Counted from the whole stretch's first letter, positions 11,584 through 23,448 are shown. The stretch: 63,706 nucleotides of DNA, filler included, from Rhabdomonas costata (GCA_019059605.1; 49 parts of 49 records of this genome joined end to end with filler, not necessarily neighbours in it), one strand, 5' to 3'. Notes: generated by a model from the letters alone, not told the origin. Program-made: numbers and translations.

Positions 11584-13034
11584 GTGCTCTCTCGTTTTCT
11601 CTGCCTCTCATTCGTTCACACCAACCNNNNNNNNNNNNNNNNNNNNNNNNNNNNNNNNNNNNNNNNNNNNTTAATTAATTAANNNNNNNNNNNNNNNNNN
11701 NNNNNNNNNNNNNNNNNNNNNNNNNNGGTTGTTTTTTTTGTGATTGGTGTTTTCAGCGCTTCTCTCTTTTTGTTCAAAATTGCGTTCTGAGGCCCTGTGT
11801 TCCCACCCTCCTCCTCCTCCCGAGCCCACGAGGAACCTCTGTCCGCGTCCATTCGCATGGCAACGGCGGACATGAAAGTTTTTATTTACTACTTTCCGTG
11901 CTACGGTGTGGCGCCTTCCTCCTTCGATGTGCAGCGCAAACCCTGGGAGTCTGGCCTATATCCGTTACCTTTCCCTCTGACTGTGAGTAGGGTAAGTCCT
12001 GTGGGTGTCTGTTGAAGAGTCAGCGGGCGAGCGAGGTGCTGTTCATAATTCTGCTACCCGTCCGTGCCCCGGTCCTGTGGTAACCTGCTCCTTCGACACC
12101 TCTACAGGTTAGTGGGGGTGGGTGAGGTCATGTCTAGCAACGTGCAGCTGGTTTTTCTTGCTTCCGTTTTTCTGTTGTCCGTAAAGAACTTTTCTTTCAC
12201 CTTGCTGGAGTCTCGGTTTGTTTTCTTCTTTGGGGAGGCACAAACTTACTGTTGGTCTTGAAGTGGAGGCACAAACTTAGTTCTTGGTGTCGTTGCCGTT
12301 CAGACACCACGGACAAACGCGGGCCCCTGCGGTTGTCCTGTGCGCGTGTCGTGTATGTGCTTCTGCACCCCTTTCGTTCCAACCGATTGTGCTTCGGAGA
12401 GGTGCTCGTTCTCTCTTGGCTTGGTTTTTTCTTTCTTTGCTTCAGTAGTACTGGGGGCCTAGGTCTGGCAAAAAGGCAAAGAACTCAAGAAGACACAACA
12501 GAAGCAGCGTTCACACCAAAACTGACACCTCCGGAAAAAGGGTCAGTCCACTTGCCGCTCTCTGCATTTGCATGACTTGCGTTTAGTCTACTTTTGTTTC
12601 GTCTCCTTTGGGAAAAGGGCCTGATGTCCAATGCAGGAAAAAGATGCTGCCAGCGACCCGGCTGAGGCTGTTTTCATATAGTGCGCAGCAGCCGATCACT
12701 CTAAGTTTGTGCCCGCCTGCATTTGAACTGATCCCCGCCCCCTGGGCTAAAATCTTGCGTTGCATTTCTTCTCTCCCTCTCTTGTGGCGTTGTTTGAGAC
12801 ATGCCGTTTTATTTGGCCGACGACCCTTCCAATCCCAAACTGTCTCTGCACGCACTCCCGTCCGTTGCCTACCTCCCATTCCAGAGCTTTGTCTCCGTAA
12901 AGCACGACTCTTCTCTGCCTGCGCCCGTANNNNNNNNNNNNNNNNNNNNNNNNNNNNNNNNNNNNNNNNNNNNTTAATTAATTAANNNNNNNNNNNNNNN
13001 NNNNNNNNNNNNNNNNNNNNNNNNNNNNNGGGGG

Positions 13035-13072
13035 TGGTTGTGGTTGTGGTTGTGGTTGTGGTTGTGGTTGTG
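13035..13072. repeat. (GGTTGT)n hexamer microsatellite
   Basis: About 6 copies at the contig start. Confidence 0.9.
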
Positions 13073-13424
13073 GCTGTGAATGAAGGCCGGCAGAGCAAAC
13101 GCCAATCTGAGAATGAAAATCAGCCGACACCCCCGGAGACCCTCCAAGGTCTAAGACGAGTGAAGTGGAGGTAAGGCAACACTGAACAGCAGCAAAGGAA
13201 GGAGGAGGTTTCACGCAACTTGCGCCAGTTTACGCAAGTTCAATTGAAAACGATGTCAACTTTCCGGAAAGCGGGTGCACTCCCCTGAGACTCAGGGAGC
13301 ACGTGCACCGCCTTGAACCTCAAACCTTGTCTCCCTCCTTCACATCGGCGTGCCGCATGCCGCTCTCTCTGTCTCTCTTGGGGTTGACCACACCCTTAGG
13401 CCGGCAGCGTGCGTAGGCAACATC

Positions 13425-13481
13425 CACAACCACAACCACAACCACAACCACAACCACAACCACAACCACAACCACAACCAC
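13425..13481. repeat. (CACAAC)n hexamer microsatellite
   Basis: About 9.5 perfect copies. Confidence 0.95.
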
Positions 13482-13694
13482 AAAAATAAACAACGAGCGT
13501 ATGTGAGATACGTGCCGGTAGACGTGCCGGTAGACCGGGCACCTACGCTGATCAGCTCGTAGGCGACAGGATATGCACTCAGCACACACACACACACACA
13601 CACAGAGCAAAATTATGCTTGACACCAAGGAGTATCCAACACCAGCGAAGAAGCAAACACCCCTCCAACAGGCGCACGCGGAGTGAGGGCATAC

Positions 13695-13834
13695 GTCTTT
13701 CCAGAGCCCGTCACGGCGATGCCGATGAGGTCGCGGCCCTTCAGCGCGATGGGGATGGCCACGGACTGGATCAGCGTGGGCGTGCTGAACTTCGCGCGGT
13801 CGATCTCGTCCATGACCCACCCCGGGAAACCAGC
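13695..13834 (-). CDS. DEAD-box RNA helicase exon (Q motif and motif I; DDX5/DBP2-like)
   Basis: cag|AGFPGWVMDEIDRAKFSTPTLIQSVAIPIALKGRDLIGIAVTGSGKT|gtatgc. Confidence 0.92.
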
Positions 13835-14912
13835 CTGTCCGATTTGGGCGCGAGCGATTCGCGAGAGAATCCGGAACGAAAAACAAACTCGGAGGGGCAG
13901 ATCGGAAGCGGAGGATTACAGGTGGCAACAGGCAGCTGAGGCACATAAGAAAGAACGGAGGCATCTGTCGAAGCAGAAGGGCATTCTGCATCATGTTGGA
14001 TACGGGCGGAGAATTCCAGGGATCAGCTGGTGTAAGTGCCCAGCCGCCGAATTCCAAGCATAAAGCAATAGATCGTTTTTGGGGCCAAACTGCGATTCGA
14101 GTTTTTTGGTCCAATGTACTTGAGGGCCACAAGAAAATGAAGTGGATCCCAAAGACCCACTTCAGCTCAACGTTCCGTTCGACCCTTCGACCCAGCTCTG
14201 AAGTCCGAAATGCTTTCCCTCAAGTACATTGGANNNNNNNNNNNNNNNNNNNNNNNNNNNNNNNNNNNNNNNNNNNNTTAATTAATTAANNNNNNNNNNN
14301 NNNNNNNNNNNNNNNNNNNNNNNNNNNNNNNNNGGGGGGTGTGTGTGAGCGTACTAATCGCATCTATGGGATGTCCTTGTGGTCGTACCTCTATCCGCGG
14401 TATCATTGTCTGCAATTCGAGCACTAACACAACGTGCCAGCGTTCTTGTTGCTATCGAGTCCCTTCGTCGTCTGTTGTCTGCAAGTTTTTCGCCACTGGA
14501 AACGGAGGCAACTGGACCGAAATCCCGAAAGGTGACCATTCTTGTCCACTTTTTTCTCCCTGCAACGCTTGCAAATGTCGTTATCGTTTTTTTGTTGTTT
14601 GGCAAGCGATCACTTTGTTGCCAGCCAGGGGGGGTCCGCCGTCGGTCGATCTTTGATTCCAATGACGGCCCTAAACCCATGCCTCCCGTTTCATTCAGTT
14701 GCCCGCGCTCCAGGTTTTTTTGTGGCCTGCGGCCGCGCTGGTTTTCTTCGTCTTCCAAAGGGCGATAGAGGTTTAGAAAATTGGACAATAGGTCTTTATT
14801 GCAAAATTGAAAAAGAGAGCAATTAAGCCATTAGACCTAGGCAACTGTGCACCAGCCAGCGTGCCGCGCCGCATCACACACACACATGCCCTTTTTCTTT
14901 TCCCACACTCAG

Positions 14913-15040
14913 AGCACCTCCTGCAGACTGCCATGGAGTCTGTGGAAAGGCTCCCCCCGCCCACCCTGGACCGTGTGTTCAACTTGCTTCAGTGCACCTC
15001 GGGCGGAGACTCTCGCTTGGGCAAGCTTCGTGCCGTAAAG
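14913..15040 (+). CDS. Probable internal exon, unknown protein
   Basis: Polypyrimidine-CAG acceptor, HLLQTAMESVERLPPPTLDRVFNLLQ...RAVK, then an AAG|GT donor. Confidence 0.45.
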
Positions 15041-15636
15041 GTGGCCTTCTTTCTCCCGCCGCCTCCTTCCTCTGGTCTTCATTCTTTTAGGCTGTGAGGT
15101 GCTTGTTGTGGGACACGTTACCAATTAAAGTCTCCAGCCACTTGAAGAAGGGGTGGGGTCAGAGAACGGGATGGCTTCTCCCCTTTGAATTTGCATCGTA
15201 AACACGCACAGCTTCGGAAATGGCATATAACTGCTTCGTGAGCAAATCAGAATCACAACTGCCTCTCTACGAGTGTCCGAGCGACACTTGCCAGCAGACG
15301 GCATCACGCACGATTGTGATCTGTGGACCGGAACAGCACTCCACATCAGCCAGTGCTTCAAGCAGTTCAATGTACACACACACACACACACTCACTCACT
15401 TCTCCCCACACTTGAGCAAAGGGCAAAGAACAGCTCTTTATAATCATGAGGTCGTGAGGTCCTACCGTGCCTTGAGCGATTGGTGAGAGGCAGGGCCGCA
15501 GCAGCATAGATCTAGTTCGTTTGCATACAAACAAAANNNNNNNNNNNNNNNNNNNNNNNNNNNNNNNNNNNNNNNNNNNNTTAATTAATTAANNNNNNNN
15601 NNNNNNNNNNNNNNNNNNNNNNNNNNNNNNNNNNNN

Positions 15637-16400
15637 ATATCATGCTCTCTGTTACGCGTTGATGGTGTCCTGGTGTAGTGCAGTGTTAGTGCTTCTGGTG
15701 TCATGCTGTGTGTTTATGCTCCTTCTGTAGTACTTGTATCGTGTGGTGTTGATGTTGCTGCGTAGATTGGGCTGTTTGCTGATGCGTTGGTTGTTGATGC
15801 GTAGTGTTGTGTTAGTGCATGTTATGTTCTTGCTTTAGAGGTTCGAGGGATGTTGGAATGTGGCTCGCTGGTGATGTGATGATTTCTAGCGCTGGTGTAG
15901 TGGTATGTCATGCTTTCTGTTCCCTAATGCGTATATGTAGTGCTATGATGATATTCTTGTCTCTCCTACCAGGTTTGTCTCTCTCTTTGTGTAGTGCTGT
16001 CTCAGTGTAATGATGTTGCTGATGTGTTTTTACCGCTTCATGAGTGCTTTACGTGTTTCTGTCTCATGCTCTGTCTCAATGGCTTCATGTTGTTGGATGT
16101 GTGAGTGGCATTGTGATGTCCTGTTGTGTGTACCGCTGTTTCATGGCTATGGGTGTGTGATGGATGTTGTGATGAGTTCATGTCGTAGTTCTTGTTTAGT
16201 GTAATGGTGATGGGTGTAAGTGTTTCGTGCTGTGTTTCAATGGCTTTACGTGTCAGAGGGTGTCTTGATATTGGTAGTGCTTGTATCGTGTAATGGATGT
16301 TGGTGATGTGTTATGTCTTGTGAGAGAGTAATGTGTCTCCTAGTCGAGGATGTTAGTGAGTTGAGTGTATTGGTATCGGCATTCCTACAAGGTTTCTTTC
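15637..16400. repeat. Degenerate tandem repeat with extreme G+T strand skew
   Basis: 15661-15720 is 46/60 G+T. Internal near-repeats include 16060-16089 vs 16221-16250 (24/30 identical) and 16006-16029 vs 16288-16312. Confidence 0.6.
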
Positions 16401-17934
16401 TTCTATCATACTCCGCTACGCTTCGTTCCTTCCTATTACTACGGCATGCCATTCGACCATGCCTTCGTTGATGCCGTTAGTGAACCCTTCAGTGAGGGTA
16501 TTCGCTGTGGCTACGCCAGGACGTATTTCACGTTGAGTGAGAGAAGTGTCATTTATATAATATGAAAGGGTGGAGTGGCTCGAAGAACTGAGAGACCCGA
16601 CAGAGAGATTTCATAAAACTACGGCATGGCTTAGTACCTCAGCCATGCATTCGTGTGAAGGTATGAGTGATTTGAGAGAGCGTACCAAATTATGTCAGGG
16701 AGCGAAGTGGATGTCATACTACTACGGCATGCCTTCATTATTCAGCCACGCCTTCGTGTATTCTTTCTTTCGATCACGGTTTACATTCGTTCTCGTCACT
16801 GCGTTCCTCGTACTCATGTTCACTGTGCCACACCCCACCNNNNNNNNNNNNNNNNNNNNNNNNNNNNNNNNNNNNNNNNNNNNTTAATTAATTAANNNNN
16901 NNNNNNNNNNNNNNNNNNNNNNNNNNNNNNNNNNNNNNNAGGGTTGGTGATGGGAGTGCCATCGGCCTGGAAAAGGGTGCCTGCAAAAAAAAATAGCAGC
17001 AAGACGGCAACGTATCCTGCATTCCGAGTTCCGAAGGACCAGGTTGTAAAGCAGGCATAGGGTGGTTGCATGCACGAGGGCTAAGGCTGTGTTCAGGGTG
17101 CTGGCGCAAAACCGCGAATAGTTGAAGGGATGAGTGGTGTCATTAATCGGGGGTGGTGCATGGCGTTTGTCTCATTGGATTCTGCTGGGCCAGCCTGCAC
17201 GACTGGGCGCCGGACAATCTCTGTTTAATGCTTTGCGACTTGGGTTCTCGGATCAGGTGGCGTCGATCGACTTGTCGGGAGTCCCTTCTTCGCCAGGTTT
17301 CACCTTTTTAACGTCCCCAGCGACGCCTTGCGTCGCCTCCAGTACTCTGTTTCACTCGCACGTCTCTCCATCTTCTTGACGTCGCCGTGCTCGACGTTGA
17401 CCATCACTGTTCACACTCTACTCTGCTGTCCCTCAGACTCGCTTCTTCCCCTCATCTCGTCCACATATCTCGGCCACTAAGAGAGAGAGTCGCACCCACA
17501 CCCTTTACTTTCCTATTTCTTTCTGCCAGTACACCTGAAACCTATGGCAGAAACCTATGGCAGCCTCTTGGGTTCCCAATATGCACCTAAGATACAGTAC
17601 CTAACTCTCAGCCTGAGATGGAATAAAATATCATTCTACTATTCGCTATTTGCATCCCAAAACAGTGCCACACCAGTTCGGAAGAACACGGGCATTCGCG
17701 AATATCCAGGCAACCGTGGGGAAAGCACACAAGCATTTGAAAAAGGAACCAATCGAAAGCCACCACCGTTCCCTCACCATCGCAAGCCCAGAGGCATCTA
17801 CTCCCCTTGCCGAGGATTCCTTCGCTGTAAGCACACCCAGAGCCATCCTTTCATCTCTATTCAGAAAGTAAACAAACAGTTCATGCAGAACACAGCTTTT
17901 CTTGAATTCAAATTGCACAAGGAACATCAACCAC

Positions 17935-18141
17935 CTCTCCTCTCCAGCCATTTTCCACAGTGGTATTGTAGGTGAACCCATCCCCAGTGAAGTTCTCCGA
18001 ATGGCTCTGGTACACCAAAGTCGTGTTCGCAAGGACAATCGTCCCGTTGGAACTCACCACGAAACCTCCGGCGGTGAGGGTGCCCTGAGTGGGCAACACA
18101 GTCACATTCATGTCGAAAGCCATCGTGACGTCCACCACACA
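17935..18141 (-). CDS. Exon fragment encoding a cadherin-like/bacterial Ig-like domain
   Basis: VTVLPTQGTLTAGG...LVYQSHSENFTGDGFTYNTT resembles the LPxxGTL...LVYxP..NFxG.DSFTY pattern. Candidate GAG|GT donor near 17934. Confidence 0.5.
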
Positions 18142-19143
18142 NNNNNNNNNNNNNNNNNNNNNNNNNNNNNNNNNNNNNNNNNNNNTTAATTAATTAANNN
18201 NNNNNNNNNNNNNNNNNNNNNNNNNNNNNNNNNNNNNNNNNGTGGTTTAGTCCTCTCCAAGGGGTTGTTCTTGTTGTGCTTTGTTCGGAACGATAGCTCC
18301 ACTGTCCAACACATAGAAGGTTGATCCCATTTCCGTCTGAAACCGCACTGCTTGTCATAGGCAGGTTAAATGACTCCCACGTTGATTTTGGATTTGTAAC
18401 TATCTGTGGCTTTGCTTTTACTGGTCCCGGAGGTAAACTATAACTCCATCTATGATTAGCTCCGCTTGTTGAGTAACGTGTTTGAGCCTTCGGGTTACTT
18501 TGTACTCTGCCACTAACTTTGTGCTCTAACTTTGAATTCTGTCACTCGGTTGGATTTAGGGTCTGATAGGTTGTGTGTCGAGGATGGTGGGATCGATCGA
18601 TCGCTCCAAGCGTACCAAATCCTTCTGATGAAGCCCTGTGTGAGCTTCGGAAGATCACTGAGGGCCCCTCCCGAGCGTTTCGGTGACGCTGAGTCCCGAC
18701 CAGCACGTCCCGGGCATTACTGCAGAAGAGCGGGCGGAACTGTCGGTTTTTGTGTTGCACCTTGCGTGACCAGGATTTTTCAGCTCCTCCGCCGGTCTCG
18801 CATTGGCTTATTGGGTCTGATCGAAGTACCCTCCCGGGGTGGGGTTTCTTCACAACAAGGACACGTTGATGAGTGGGCCGTTTTATTCAGGGCATTGCAA
18901 TGACGGAGAAATACGGTAATGACCGAAGTGCTCTGGAAGCGGACATCCATTAAAAGAAAAGCCATCTGTCGAAGTGCTTCGCAGTTTGGGTGGCGACGGT
19001 TTTGAATCAGGCTTAGTTGGCACTACTTTCTGGTCTGTTTTGGATCCTTAGAGCTGCTTGGATCGGCGTTTTCGTGTCTGTGTCTGTGTCCTCTGTCTGT
19101 CTGTCCTACCGCTGTACATCATTTATTTGCTCTCACGAAAGTA

Positions 19144-19359
19144 ATGGCCCTTCGGCTTGCCACCCAGCTGCTGCGCAAGACCTCGGGGAGGCTGATGGGA
19201 AAGCTCACTGGTGCCGGCTCGGGACTTCACTCGAAGCCCGCCGAGGCCATGGAGATCAGCACCGCGGTCGCCCCAAGCTTGGGAGCACCTAGCTCCTCAG
19301 CGACGGTGTCGTACCACGCCGTGCCGGAAGAGAATGTCTCACCCACCATCTCGGCAGAG
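19144..19359 (+). CDS. First coding exon with a mitochondrial-presequence-like N-terminus
   Basis: MALRLATQLLRKTSGRLMGKL... is basic and has no acidic residues for over 30 aa. An AG lies 2 nt before the ATG, and there is a GAG|GT donor. Confidence 0.55.
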
Positions 19360-20032
19360 GTCTTCCATCTATGCGCGAGCGGGATAGTGGCTTGCGGGTC
19401 GTATGCGAATCGCGTGTTCGTGTTCGTCGAAGTCCAACAAAACNNNNNNNNNNNNNNNNNNNNNNNNNNNNNNNNNNNNNNNNNNNNTTAATTAATTAAN
19501 NNNNNNNNNNNNNNNNNNNNNNNNNNNNNNNNNNNNNNNNNNNTGTTGGTTGTTTCAATGATGCCATGGGCGTTTTCCCTCTATCCTTCGATGGAGCATT
19601 GTGAGCCAGCGACCTGTGCATCTACTAAATGAATTGTTGAACATCCCTGTAGTTTATACGATTGTATGGAGGCAAGCTTCCGCAGATACTCTCACTCGCC
19701 GCCCACAGTGTGTGCAATCAATTGAATGTTGGTTGCGCATCTTCCCTCTGCTGTGTGCCGCAATGCAGTGGCGATGGACTCGTAGGCCCCTGCTTCTTCT
19801 CTGGCTCATCAGACGCGCCTCGCACTCCCCCCCCCCCTTTCCCTGCTCCGTGACCTGGACCCGTGCTTAGCGATTTCTCGGCACCTCAATGTCTGGGCAG
19901 GTAGCTTCGCGTTTCATGCCCCAGCGAATCCTGTACGCCATTGAGCGTGAAGGAAGATCTCCATGAGAGGTAATGTTTCATGTACTTCAGCGCAAAGTAT
20001 TTGCATCCACTGTACTCCCTTGGTGTCAAAAG

Positions 20033-20388
20033 CGAACCCATCGCCGGCCGACCTGCGGATGGAAATCGCTCTTTCCCTCACCGCGCTTGCTGGGAACGGG
20101 CCGACCAGCCTGTTTCTGGGCCTACCCCACGGTGAACTCTTCGGGGTGGACGTGGAGACGGACACGGGCAACATGTACTGGGACGTCAGCAACAACATGA
20201 CGGGCTACCACGCCGGAAGCTTCCCCGCGGCCGCGATAACGCCTGCCAACTGCACCAGCACCAATACGGGCAGCGGGGTCACCGTCAGCAAGGCGTGCCG
20301 GCCTCGGGTGCTGTGGAAGGAATCGCAGTGGACGGCCCGGTACGGGGAGCTCGGCTTGGGATCCTCGGCGTACAACGCCTCTGCTCGC
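20033..20388 (+). CDS. Exon of a Cache-like extracellular sensor domain (receptor)
   Basis: SLFLGLPHGELFGV...YNASAR|gtatga. The end matches the first half of the dCache motif YDPRxRPWY. Several N-glycosylation sequons are present. Confidence 0.55.
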
Positions 20389-22145
20389 GTATGACCCCCC
20401 AGGGCACCCTTCCGCCCGCTACGCCATGCCTCCTTTCATGGTTTCGAGCTTCCCACTCTTGTGATGCCGAGCTTAGCTTTGCAGGCAGTGGTATCTCGGG
20501 AAAACGCCAGGCCACTGCCTGATTTGCATTGACAGACCGCAGCCCCTCACTGAACTGAACTGTAACTTCGCCAGCGTATCCATTGCATTGTGACTGGTGC
20601 AAGCTGTGAAAAGCATTGCATTGGGCAAGCCAGAGAATGAAAGAATTCGAGTCCACACACCTCGCCCCGACTCTGTTTCTGTCAGGACTTAGGCCACGTA
20701 TACCCTGGACAAACCCGAGATTCTGCCTTGGACCCCCAACCACNNNNNNNNNNNNNNNNNNNNNNNNNNNNNNNNNNNNNNNNNNNNTTAATTAATTAAN
20801 NNNNNNNNNNNNNNNNNNNNNNNNNNNNNNNNNNNNNNNNNNNGGTTGGTGTTTATTTTAGAAAACGAGTAATGAATGGATTCTGCGGTTAATTTGCATA
20901 CGGTTAGTAGCCAGTGTCTCCGAGTCACTGACTACTAACCGTATGCAAATTAACCGCAGAATCCATTCATTACTCGTTTTCTAAAATAAACACTGACTCC
21001 TAACAACATGCAAACGCAATGCCATAATTCCAACATAAATTGCATTGCATCCTAACTCGAGGTGAGTTTCTGAGTGGAGCCCCCCACACACCCCACAGTA
21101 CTCGCTTTCTCCTATGATAATATCCTCACAACCACCTGTAAAGTCAAACCACGAATTATATCGCAGAGGAAATTTCCACTAATTTGAGTATCCAAAATGG
21201 TCTCCACATCCGTCGAGGTGGGTGATGGTGGATTGATTGTGTATACACTGCATTCACATTTTTCTGCATAATCACAATCATACATGCTCAATGCATCGTC
21301 GCAACATCTACCAAAAAGCACCAACGGCTATTTTAATCAACACGATCCCAGTCTGTGCCTGAAATACTATAAACCTTCCTTTACCTGCCGACATCTGACA
21401 CACCTAACATCGCGATGCATAATACAGCATAAATTGTTACGCTTTTAGAGATCACCGTACCCCATAGTGACTTCCTGGCGTCTACAGAAAATAATGTATC
21501 ATATAGAGTAGGTCCATGGCTTCGTGTAGTCTGCTGTACTTAGCTATAGTGTCGCGGTTTACAACATCTATAAATCGAAAAAATCTAATTAAGGGGCGAT
21601 ACGATAGGAATATTCGATCTTTTAGTGAGGAATGTCGATCGATAACTCATTAAACTGTCATCTATAATTTGATCCACACGCACGCCTTCTATCAGTTTTA
21701 CCAAAATGTTACTCATCCTTCCAATTTATCTAAACTCCGGAAAATTCAGCTGTATTTTACTGTCGACTGCACTGATATAGCATCTTTGATATTGCTGTGT
21801 CTTTTCGACGCGGACTGGTAACCAACAGATTATAGCACATTGCTCAATTTTTACCTTATCCGAACCTAATATTTTAACTACAACATGTCCATTTACCTTA
21901 TGCAACAAAACTTCACAGTTTGTACCTATCTTGTTCAAAACAACAAGATCGAATATTCCTATCGTATCGCCCCTTAATTAGATTTTTTCGATTGATAGGT
22001 GTTGTAAACCGCGACACTATAGCTAAGTACAGCAGACCACACAACNNNNNNNNNNNNNNNNNNNNNNNNNNNNNNNNNNNNNNNNNNNNTTAATTAATTA
22101 ANNNNNNNNNNNNNNNNNNNNNNNNNNNNNNNNNNNNNNNNNNNN

Positions 22146-23139
22146 TGTTGGGGTTGGTCGTGGTGCCCTGCTTGCCGAGCTGGCGCAGAATGTCCTCCTG
22201 AAGCTGGACCACCGGGATTTCCAGCACAAGGGAGACGTTCAGGTAGGGCATCGACCAGCTCGCCGCCAACACTGCGCCGTATCCCCCTGAGCCCACAACG
22301 TTCAGAGACGTCCCATTCCCACTGCTTACCGCGGCCTCGGCCGCGGGGTCGAAGGTGCACAGCGATCCCTGGCAGAGTGGCATCGGCGCAGTCATGAGAA
22401 CTCCAGGGCTCGCGGGCTGTACCAGCGCGATGCTCGAGTCATCAGAAGGGTCATTGAAGAGAGCCGTGTTGACCACGTTGGCCGCCGTGATGACATACTT
22501 CTGAAATGTGGACTGGTCCGATACGAAGGGTAGAATATAAAGCACGCCCAAACCGCCTCCACCACAAGCTGTCAAGATGCGGGATGCCATAAACGCGCTG
22601 GCCATGTTATAGGACTGCCCCAGAAAGCTCCCCCCGGACGAGGTCAGCGACATCGCCATGGCGGCGCGGAAGTCGTCGGTATAATTGGAGCACCCAGGGT
22701 TTGGGCTGTGGCCCATGCAGTTCCGCAGTGGGGTCAGCGGAGAAGGAGCGCCACTGAAATCAGAACGCATGAAAGAAAAAGACGTTCGAGTGATCCACCC
22801 ATCAAACGCCGAAAGCCCGCAAACATACGTCGCGTTGCTAACCAGAATCGCTTCAAAACCGGCAGGATACTGCTCCACATTCGTTCGATTCATAACAGCC
22901 ACCAACGCATCGAGGTCCATCAGTCCCATCTGGCACTGCACCGTGAAGGTGTTCGCAAGAACACGGACTCGAGACAGCGCACGGTCCTTGGCCACGGAGA
23001 GGAACATGTTGTCCGTGAGCATCGCCGCGATTCGGGTGGCACCAAGGGCCCGCTGGGTGCTAGTGGCCACGTTGGCGTCGTAGCCCACGCCCTGCACCAC
23101 GTCGGCGAGCATTTCCGCTGTGGCCAGCTGGCTGGTCAG
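22146..23139 (-). CDS. Large exon (about 330 aa, truncated by the contig end) of an extracellular Cache-like repeat receptor
   Basis: Long stop-free frame after a tttcag acceptor. GYGAVLAASWSMPYLNVSLVLEIP resembles Cache C-terminal strands. Confidence 0.65.
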
Positions 23140-23448
23140 CTGAAACATAGATGCGAAGAATGAAAAAAGGAAGAGAAGAAAAAAGGCCGGCTGAAGGTGG
23201 TGGTGGACTTCGGGTCGGGGTTCAGCGTCATCAGAAGATACGCATCGTTGGGTACGTGGGGACAGGATTCATAAGCTCTCTTGTCCGAGGTGAACCACAC
23301 TCTGCACATCCGATGACTTTTAGTGTCCCATGTGGTGTACAAAACCACNNNNNNNNNNNNNNNNNNNNNNNNNNNNNNNNNNNNNNNNNNNNTTAATTAA
23401 TTAANNNNNNNNNNNNNNNNNNNNNNNNNNNNNNNNNNNNNNNNNNNN

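Noticed and set aside
13320-14132. 270-aa ORF with poly-Val
   Set aside because: Read-through of intron and microsatellite. The real coding piece is the DEAD-box exon in another frame.
20849-20993. 62-bp-arm hairpin as a miRNA precursor or MITE
   Set aside because: Perfect arms starting at the contig end, the same pattern as other unrelated end hairpins.
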